From: Oligoflexales bacterium
GTDB lineage: Bacteria > Bdellovibrionota_B > Oligoflexia > Oligoflexales > Bog-1112
Reading direction: 5' to 3'
DNA length: 10,448 nucleotides
Assembly: GCA_045105515.1 (NCBI GenBank)
Contig: JBGCDR010000375.1
Span: forward strand, 1-10,448
Shown: one piece after another, positions 1 through 6,799 of the stretch
Layout: every line of letters begins with the position of its first letter
Numbering within the stretch: the stretch's first letter is position 1
Translations under genes and position numbers: made by a program
Notes under the pieces: model-generated
Seen by the model: the letters and a program-made list of their open reading frames with translations, nothing else
Databases searched by the model: none
Told to the model about the DNA's origin: nothing

Positions 1-117
1 AAGATCGGCATTGTGTTGGCGGTAAATATAGACACCGACACCGCCGTGATTTTTTTTACATAATTAAAATCATCGGAAACTCTGTCATAAATCAATTTTA
101 GAGGATCTTTCTACAGA

Positions 118-423
118 TTAGGTCCTAGATGCCAGTTTATATATATCTTGAACTCCAAGTTCCTCATCTAGTATGATTATTAACTCACCATCTTCATTTA
201 AATCTGAGATCAATCTCGCGTTGTCTTTGTCGGGTTTGATATGTAATTCTGAACTTAATGATACTTATGTTTCTACCGAAAAAACAGGGTTTTGCATTTT
301 AGTCAAGTCGACTTTTTCTTTAAATTTCTCAGTAAGGTTGCTCTCAGCCAAAGCTAAACTTGCTAAAAAAATAAAGATAGAAACAAAACAAATATTTTTC
401 AATTTAAAGTTTTCTGAACCCAA
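118..423 (-). pseudogene. Interrupted gene for a putative secreted protein, or a 52-aa secreted peptide (265..423); remnant may run to the window edge
   Basis: Manual translation from TTG at 423 (AAGGGA upstream; alternative TTG at 402): MGSENFKLKNICFVSIFIFLASLALAESNLTEKFKEKVDLTKMQNPVFSVET, a typical signal peptide with an A-L-A site. After TAA at 265..267 the same frame continues with protein-like sequence (VSLSSELHIKPDKDNARLISDLNEDGELIIILDEELGVQDIYKLASRT) to TAA at 118..120. Confidence 0.5.
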
Positions 424-691
424 TTTTTAATCCCTTACTTAGTATTAGAAAGTTTTAAATCGAGAAAAACATAAAGCAAATAAATTTTTCTTAAGGCTTT
501 CTATCCACCTATCTGCAAGTATTATCATTACTGGAAAATAGAAAGTTAAGTTTTTATCTCCAATGGATAGCCCTTATTATTTAGCGTAATTTTCATTTCT
601 TCCAATGCTACATATTGACACAGACTCCGTATCACGATATTTCCCAATCCCGCAAAATGTTAAAATGGTATCAAGAAAGGAGTGGTGAAAA

Positions 692-808
692 GTGACTAAA
701 ATTCTACAAATAGTGGTTTTAATTTCAATAGTAAACTCTTGTAATCGCTGTGCTATACGTAGGAGAGGTTGCGGTTCTAGCACCTTCGACCATGGTTCCG
801 GCTGGTAA
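692..808 (+). CDS. Candidate small membrane protein or lipoprotein, 38 aa (MTKILQIVVLISIVNSCNRCAIRRRGCGSSTFDHGSGW)
   Basis: AAGGAG at 677..682, GTG at 692, Lys followed by a hydrophobic stretch and then Cys17, TAA at 806..808. Not in the ORF track. Confidence 0.35.
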   Translation: MTKILQIVVLISIVNSCNRCAIRRRGCGSSTFDHGSGW

Positions 809-904
809 GGACGCCTAATTAATTACCATTGCCACTACGATTTTAAAAATAAATAAATTATGGAAAAGATTTTGATTTCACAAAACGTTGAACTTCATTA
901 TTTA

Positions 905-1486
905 TCACCGATCTTTTCGCAATGTATCTGAACATATAATTATTGGTTTTCCATAAATGAATATGAATCCTTTATAAGCAGATACACAGTGCTCAAATGC
1001 AAAGCTTCTCATTTGCTTATCAGCTTCATAAGTATCTAAAACAATATCAAATCTCTCATGTAAATCTCGAAGCAAATTTCTTGAGTTGAAAATGCAAATA
1101 TTGACATCGTGCGAATATTTCACAAACCAGCTTCGGTAGCCTGAAGCATATTGATCTACATTTAACCTGAAGGGGGCCAAATCTAACTGAAGACTTTCAC
1201 TGAGCGTATAAAAACTCATCACAGGAGGAGGGGGGAGATAATTTGGATAAACCGGCGGGTTGCTCTGATAAAATGCTCCTTTAATATCCGCAAATGAGTA
1301 TTTTTGCTGTTCATATTCATATATCTCTTGAGATGAATTCATCTCGTCGGAAGGCTTAAGCATAGTATTAAGTTCCTCTTCTTGGAGAAAATCCATCACC
1401 GAAGAGGCTGAGCGTACTCTAGGGCAAGAACTTGCAAATAGTATATTAGAAGTCATAAAAATAGAGAAAGCTGTTATGACACGCAT
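905..1486 (-). CDS. Hypothetical secreted protein, 193 aa
   Basis: ATG preceded by AGAGGT; N-terminus MRVITAFSIFMTSNILFA resembles a signal peptide; internal Pro-rich stretch (NPPVYPNYLPPPPV); no family recognised. Confidence 0.7.
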   Translation of the reverse strand: MRVITAFSIFMTSNILFASSCPRVRSASSVMDFLQEEELNTMLKPSDEMNSSQEIYEYEQQKYSFADIKGAFYQSNPPVYPNYLPPPPVMSFYTLSESLQLDLAPFRLNVDQYASGYRSWFVKYSHDVNICIFNSRNLLRDLHERFDIVLDTYEADKQMRSFAFEHCVSAYKGFIFIYGKPIIICSDTLRKDR

Positions 1487-1814
1487 ATTTTAAAACCTCT
1501 TTAATTGAAAAGCCTGAACAACTCTGAATACTGCGAGTTATCACAGGAATTAAGTGTCGTCAAGATACTAATATAAAAGCATTAATCAAGCCTCTTAATA
1601 CATCAGTTCAATCACATTAAAATGAATAAGATGACATCATAGACTGATAACAAGGGTCCTCTTTATAAGTTGATGCAAAAATTTTTGAGAAATTAAATCT
1701 ACTTTTTTTCATGTATGAGAAAAATAGACATAAAAAATTTATTCCTAAATCCACTTGCCATCGAACATGACTTGGTTTATATTTCCGATCTTTTTGCCAT
1801 GTTAGAGGATTTTT

Positions 1815-2195
1815 ATGTTGCATTTAATTGTGGTTTGCATATCTCTTTTGAGTTCGTCACCCTGCTTGGCCAAGGGTTTTGTAGTTGGCTTATTAGAAAG
1901 AAATATAATTTTTTTCGACGAACATGAAGACGAGCATATGGAGTCTGAAGAGAAAGAAAAATTGAACAAGCTAGAATTAAGGGACTTGTTAGTAGGGCCT
2001 ATTGCAAAGGAGATAGAAAAGCTTGGAATTCCGTGGACTTGCTTGAATGGACCTAGTATCCATAGCTACATGCACCGGATTTTATATATATTCCGTAACC
2101 ACAAAGTGGTCTATAAAATTGAAGTAAGTAACATCATCGAGGCTTGTGAAAAAAGCCTTCACTTATATGACGATTCTGAATGGTATAACATATGA
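1815..2195 (+). CDS. Hypothetical secreted protein, 126 aa
   Basis: AGAGGA just upstream of the ATG; hydrophobic N-terminus ending in C-L-A; acidic/His patch DEHEDEHMESEEKE; no family recognised. Confidence 0.65.
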   Translation: MLHLIVVCISLLSSSPCLAKGFVVGLLERNIIFFDEHEDEHMESEEKEKLNKLELRDLLVGPIAKEIEKLGIPWTCLNGPSIHSYMHRILYIFRNHKVVYKIEVSNIIEACEKSLHLYDDSEWYNI

Positions 2196-2217
2196 TTTAG
2201 TTTCGCCAGAAATACAG

Positions 2218-4383
2218 TCAAGCTTCTTTGAATAAATTATTCAAAAGGCTCGTTAAGGATTTTTTTGTTAGAGGTTTGCTCAAATAGTCAATCATGCCCG
2301 CATCAAAACACTTTTGTCGATCCTTATTGAAAGCATTAGCTGTCAGAGCAACAATCATTACATCCTTATAGTTTTTCAGTTCCTTTATCTTTCGCGTTGC
2401 CTGAAGTCCATCTAAGTGGGGCATTTGCATATCCATAAAAATTAGATCATATTGCTTGTGCTTCGCCATTTCCAGAGCTTCAAGACCATCATTAGCAATA
2501 TCACATTTGAGGCCTAATGATTTCAGAAAAGCAACAACAATGACCTGATTCACCTTGTTATCTTCAGCGAGAAGTATTTTTGGTACCTTAGAAAAAGTCT
2601 TTGTCACCTTCAGCTCAGATGAATCCCCTTTTTGAAATTCCGACCTTTCAAGCTTTAGATTAACTGTAAAAGTGGATCCTTCACCCATCGAGCTTTTAAC
2701 TTGAATTTTGCCTCCCATCAGCTCAACAAGCTGCTTAGATATAGTTAGACCAAGCCCAGAGCCTCCAAAGCGCCTCGTAATCGAGCCATCGGCCTGATTG
2801 AATGCTTCAAAAAGTCTGTCTATTCTATCTTCAGCAATTCCGATTCCCGAATCGATCACAGCAAGTTCAAATGCTGTTAATTTCTCGGTGCTTTCTTTCT
2901 CTTTTAGCCGAATTGTTACAGTACCTCGCTCAGTAAATTTAATAGCATTCCCAACCAAATTGAACAAAACTTGACTTAAACGAGTAGGATCACCGCAGAC
3001 TCCATCATGCAGCTTAGGATCAATTTCTTTGATAAGAATAACGCCCTTACTCTCGGCTTGGCCTTCTAGTGAATAAATAACGTTTTGGACCACTGAGCTG
3101 ATCCTAAAAGAAATATTTTCCAGAATAACTTGTTTAGATTCGATCTTCGAAAAATCTAAAATATCATTGATAATTGAGAGCAGAAGCTTGCCGCTTTGCT
3201 GGATTATCTGAAGCTTACTAGCAGTGGTGGACCCTTTAACCTCGTCTGAGAGGATCTCTGTCATCCCGAGGATGCCATTCAAAGGGGTTCGAATCTCATG
3301 GCTCATATTAGCAATAAACTCTGAGCGCATTCTTAGAGCATCTTCAGCTTTGGTTTTTTCTTTAAGATAGTCATCAGTTCGAGCTTTAACTTTTTCCTCC
3401 AAAGAAATATTCATCTTAAGAAGTTCGCTCGTTTTCTGATCAAAAGCTTCTGCCAAATACTCTAACTCCTGATCTGCACCCAGAGGTGCACAGCGGATCC
3501 AGCTATTTTTTTGACTACTCGACACCCTTGTTACTAGCCTTTGAATTGGTTCAAGCATGCGTTGAGTAATTCTTTTTGAAAGAGCAAAAGAAAGTAAAAT
3601 AAGTAGACCAAGAAGTCCAAGAACAAAAAATAGCAAGGGAGCAAACATAGTAAGATATGGATTCTCATCTGAAAATTGCCTTAAGGAAATATTAGACTCA
3701 ACGTTTTCAACACGACTCTTTATTAGCTGATTTCCGAAAAAGAAGGAATCTGAATTTATATTGGAAAAAATCACCTGTTCAGAATCTTGAACAATTTGAT
3801 ATTGATATTTTGAATCCAAATATTTTTTTACATATTTTCTCATATCATAGTGAATCTCAAGATACCCTTGTACTTTTCCATAATACTCAATAGGTACCGC
3901 AATAAAGAGATACTGCTTACCTGCAATAACTCCTTTGCCTGCTGAGATAACCCGATAAATTTCCTGCTTACTTAGCTGACTCTTAAACTGAGAATTTTTT
4001 CCATCTCTAGAGACTCCCAGAATTTCACCTCCCTCATTATCCAAGATCCCTACAAAATTGCCACCTATTCGCAAAAGTAATGCTATTAAGTATGAGTTAG
4101 TTTTTTCCGGATCAACAGTTATAAGAGTATTAATGATGAGGGGATTCTTAGCTACGAGACTTATATCATAATATGCTTCAGATATCTGCCTTGCAAGCAG
4201 GTCAGAATTATGCTCTAGGGTAAGATAATTTCTTTCTGAAAGTGTGTCAATTAACGTGAAGGTAAAGAGCAAGCTTACCAGAAGACAGGAAACCAATGCA
4301 GTACTAAGCAAGGACAAACTAATTGAACGCCTTGAAGTTTTCTCAAAACTAGATTTTCGTATTTCAAGTTCATTTTTCTGCAT
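2218..4383 (-). CDS. Membrane-bound hybrid sensor histidine kinase/response regulator (TM-extracytoplasmic sensor-TM-HAMP-HisKA-HATPase_c-REC)
   Basis: H-box FIANMSHEIRTPLNGILG (His codon 3298..3300), N-box QVLFNLVGNAIKFT, G1 DSGIG, F-box LFEAFNQAD, G2 GGSGLGL. Receiver ILLAEDN...LIFMDMQMP (Asp codon 2431..2433)...ALTA...KP. Two hydrophobic helices flank a Cache-sized region; HAMP-like EPIQRL...ELEYLAEAFD. Start is uncertain: ATG 4383 is preferred (14-nt overlap with the upstream gene), while the ORF track starts at 4419. Confidence 0.95.
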   Translation of the reverse strand: MQKNELEIRKSSFEKTSRRSISLSLLSTALVSCLLVSLLFTFTLIDTLSERNYLTLEHNSDLLARQISEAYYDISLVAKNPLIINTLITVDPEKTNSYLIALLLRIGGNFVGILDNEGGEILGVSRDGKNSQFKSQLSKQEIYRVISAGKGVIAGKQYLFIAVPIEYYGKVQGYLEIHYDMRKYVKKYLDSKYQYQIVQDSEQVIFSNINSDSFFFGNQLIKSRVENVESNISLRQFSDENPYLTMFAPLLFFVLGLLGLLILLSFALSKRITQRMLEPIQRLVTRVSSSQKNSWIRCAPLGADQELEYLAEAFDQKTSELLKMNISLEEKVKARTDDYLKEKTKAEDALRMRSEFIANMSHEIRTPLNGILGMTEILSDEVKGSTTASKLQIIQQSGKLLLSIINDILDFSKIESKQVILENISFRISSVVQNVIYSLEGQAESKGVILIKEIDPKLHDGVCGDPTRLSQVLFNLVGNAIKFTERGTVTIRLKEKESTEKLTAFELAVIDSGIGIAEDRIDRLFEAFNQADGSITRRFGGSGLGLTISKQLVELMGGKIQVKSSMGEGSTFTVNLKLERSEFQKGDSSELKVTKTFSKVPKILLAEDNKVNQVIVVAFLKSLGLKCDIANDGLEALEMAKHKQYDLIFMDMQMPHLDGLQATRKIKELKNYKDVMIVALTANAFNKDRQKCFDAGMIDYLSKPLTKKSLTSLLNNLFKEA

Positions 4384-6466
4384 TGTGGCGAATATTTCCT
4401 CGTTCATCATAGTAGCCAAAGGAGATATTCTCTGAACTTAAAGCTTCCCGTTCTCGCCCTGGGATAGAAAAAATATTTTTATACTCACTAAATAAGCCCT
4501 GATACTTTTTAAACCTTAAAATCCCATTAGAGATATCTTGAGGAGACAAAGAGTTGCTCGTTTTTATCGCTTCCGCAAGAATTTTAATCAATTCATAGCT
4601 ATGAATTGATCCAAAAGATGCTGGAATATAAGAATTATCGGAAAGTTTATATTTTTTGTAGTATCTTTCGCGGAAACTTGCTGCCTTATCATCAGATATC
4701 ATATCAAAAGTCTTTAAAAAACGGAGGTCAACACTAGGAAGAATATCTTTGGCTTCATGCCAAAAACGTCCACCGGTGATTCCCCAATGAGATATTATCG
4801 GTATTTTCCGATCTTTTTGGCCAACTCCCTTTACTAGGTGAACTCCCTCCGGAGAGTTTCCTACAAAAATTATGACATCATAAGTGGATGAGTAGACCTT
4901 ATTAAGAATTTCAGAAAAGTCCTTTTCTCCCCAATCAAACCAGTAAGTTTCTCCCATCACTATCTGAGATTTTTTGCTAATCTCGTTCTTGATTGATGTC
5001 TCATTGCTTTTCCCCCAGCCCGTGTCTTCTAGAATTAAAGCCACTTTGGTACCTAGTTTCACAGCTGTATTCACAAGACGTTCAGCTGCATCCGCATCTC
5101 TTACTGAGAAGCGGAATATGTAGGGATTATCTTTGTGAATAATAGGAGTGGCTGCTGCCCATGGAATAAGATAGGGAATTCTAAGTTGATTGACAGTTTC
5201 TCTTTCAGCTAGGACTACTGGACTATGCATACCACCAAGGAAGGCAATTACACTTTCATCTTCAGAAAATTTCTTTAAGTTCTTTATTCCTTTACGAGGA
5301 AATCCGTCATGGGTTTTCGTCAAGAGAATCATGGGCCGTCCAAGCACACCTCCAGCTGCATTTACTTCGTCAACAGCCAATTCAGCTCCACGCTTGATAG
5401 CGAGAGCAGAATCTGAAGCAGGATACGAAAAGCTAAGATTAAGACCAATTGCTGCATGAGGTTTCATAAACGGGAGGATAAGTGGATTGATGTTGTCTTT
5501 GAATTCCCTCAAGAATAAACGGTTTTCGTAGTAAATTGGGGCAAAACTCTCTACAAAGAGAGCTTTCATCTTTTCCGAGTAAGGTATTATTTTGAGACCT
5601 GCTTTTTCAATCTTAGCAAGAAAGCGATCTTCATAAAAAGAAATCCGTGACCGCTGATATTTTGCAGCTTGCTTAGCTGCTTTGACAACAAGCTCCCGTT
5701 GGGGTGCTTGAAGTTTACTTAACATTTTTTTACTCGCTATAAAGAGCTGGCCCAAGTATCCATGACGGCTCAACATAAGATGAGTCTGCTCTTCGAAGAT
5801 TTTCATGGCATATATTGAAGATATTGGATTCTCCTGACTATCAATCTCACCAGTAGCTAGCTTCACTCGAATTTTATGAAAGTCAACATTCTCAGGAAAG
5901 GCATTCAAGGAAATAGCTTCCGCTACTAGAGTATCACTTGGCATGATACGGAATCTAAGTCCAGCGAAGTCCGTAGGTGTAGAAATTGATTTGTTTGCTG
6001 TAAAGTTTTTATATCCTGATTCCCACATGACAATAGGCTCAATTCCTGTTCGGCGCAGCTGATGAAACAAAGACTCTCCAAAAGCTCCGTCCAATGCCTC
6101 GTAAAGTTTCTCTTGGCTTGGGAATAGATAAGGAATGTCAAGAATATCTAGATTTGGTGCCAAACTTGAGATCTTAGATGTTGGGGGAATAGTAAAGGCC
6201 AACTCACCCCGTTGAACCATTTCAACCATTTCTGGATCGGTGCCCAAAGTTTGATTTGGATGAATTTCAATCTTAATTGCACCTTTGCTTGCTTCTTCTA
6301 GAAGCTCCTTAAACTTCACAGCTCCATCGTGTTGGGGAGTGCCTACTGGCATATCATGTCCGAATTTAAGAACGAGAGCTTTGTTAGACTTAATGAGTAG
6401 TTTTGCGAAGATCGCTAAAATTACAATTAAGCAAGAAAATCCCACAAGTATATACTTTTTATTCAT
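4370..6466 (-). CDS. Fusion of a TRAP DctP-family solute-binding domain and a LivJ/HAAT-type (periplasmic binding protein type 1) domain, 698 aa, with N-terminal hydrophobic anchor or signal
   Basis: AAGGAG 10 nt before ATG 6466 (MNKKYILVGFSCLIVILAIFAK). DctP motifs: LKFGH, IEIHPNQTLG, DIPYLF, WESGYKNF, DFAGLRFRIM, IDSQENP. LivJ-like motifs: IGLNLSFS, GAELAVDEVNAAGGVLGRP, GGMHSPV, PWAAA, YIFRFS, DTGWG. One continuous frame. Confidence 0.9.
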   Translation of the reverse strand: MNKKYILVGFSCLIVILAIFAKLLIKSNKALVLKFGHDMPVGTPQHDGAVKFKELLEEASKGAIKIEIHPNQTLGTDPEMVEMVQRGELAFTIPPTSKISSLAPNLDILDIPYLFPSQEKLYEALDGAFGESLFHQLRRTGIEPIVMWESGYKNFTANKSISTPTDFAGLRFRIMPSDTLVAEAISLNAFPENVDFHKIRVKLATGEIDSQENPISSIYAMKIFEEQTHLMLSRHGYLGQLFIASKKMLSKLQAPQRELVVKAAKQAAKYQRSRISFYEDRFLAKIEKAGLKIIPYSEKMKALFVESFAPIYYENRLFLREFKDNINPLILPFMKPHAAIGLNLSFSYPASDSALAIKRGAELAVDEVNAAGGVLGRPMILLTKTHDGFPRKGIKNLKKFSEDESVIAFLGGMHSPVVLAERETVNQLRIPYLIPWAAATPIIHKDNPYIFRFSVRDADAAERLVNTAVKLGTKVALILEDTGWGKSNETSIKNEISKKSQIVMGETYWFDWGEKDFSEILNKVYSSTYDVIIFVGNSPEGVHLVKGVGQKDRKIPIISHWGITGGRFWHEAKDILPSVDLRFLKTFDMISDDKAASFRERYYKKYKLSDNSYIPASFGSIHSYELIKILAEAIKTSNSLSPQDISNGILRFKKYQGLFSEYKNIFSIPGREREALSSENISFGYYDERGNIRHNAEK

Positions 6467-6799
6467 CCAATTTTGGCTCCTTATAAGCAGACTAAGTAAT
6501 CCAAATTTTAAGATTAATGGATACCTGCGCATAGACATATTCGGTTTGTTTAATTGTATTCTAAATGGGTATTTTTTCTCATCTTGCAACTCCGGTCTCT
6601 ATGATACCTTGCCCGAACACTCTCCCTCTACAGCAAGCATATGTCGTTAATATTATTTTATATTATGGATATTTTTGCGCTCATTTTCTAACTTCTGGAA
6701 CTCTCTCTTGCTGCTTTTACTTAAACTTATAAGCAAAATTCACCGAAAGTTCTGATGCAGGCCACTATCACCCTATATGCTTAAGTACAGGATTGAACT
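6467..6799. promoter_or_regulatory. Divergent intergenic promoter region between the SBP-kinase unit and cyaA
   Basis: 333-nt AT-rich gap between head-to-head genes, with a ribosome-binding site on each side. No specific promoter boxes could be assigned with confidence. Confidence 0.5.

Noticed and set aside
173..430. 85-aa plus-strand ORF
   Set aside because: Reads as an antisense shadow (Ser/Phe/Ile-rich); the minus strand carries the signal peptide and ribosome-binding site.
577..783. 68-aa minus-strand ORF
   Set aside because: No recognisable features and a weak start context; it overlaps the better-supported plus-strand sORF at 692..808.
1532..1545. TGCGA-N4-TCACA as a CRP site
   Set aside because: CRP needs a 6-bp spacer (TGTGA-N6-TCACA). 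No canonical CRP box was noticed here or in the cyaA upstream region.
1617..1927. ORFs 1617..1823 (-) and 1715..1927 (+)
   Set aside because: Short, without a convincing ribosome-binding site or motifs, and overlapping the 126-aa gene, which has both an RBS and a signal peptide.
6467..6589. 41-aa N-terminal extension of the binding protein in the ORF track
   Set aside because: AAGGAG and a typical MNKK-hydrophobic N-terminus identify ATG 6466 as the start.
4244..6650. Short ORFs 4244..4435, 5190..5459, 5926..6141 and 6285..6650
   Set aside because: Antisense or off-frame shadows of the kinase and binding-protein genes.
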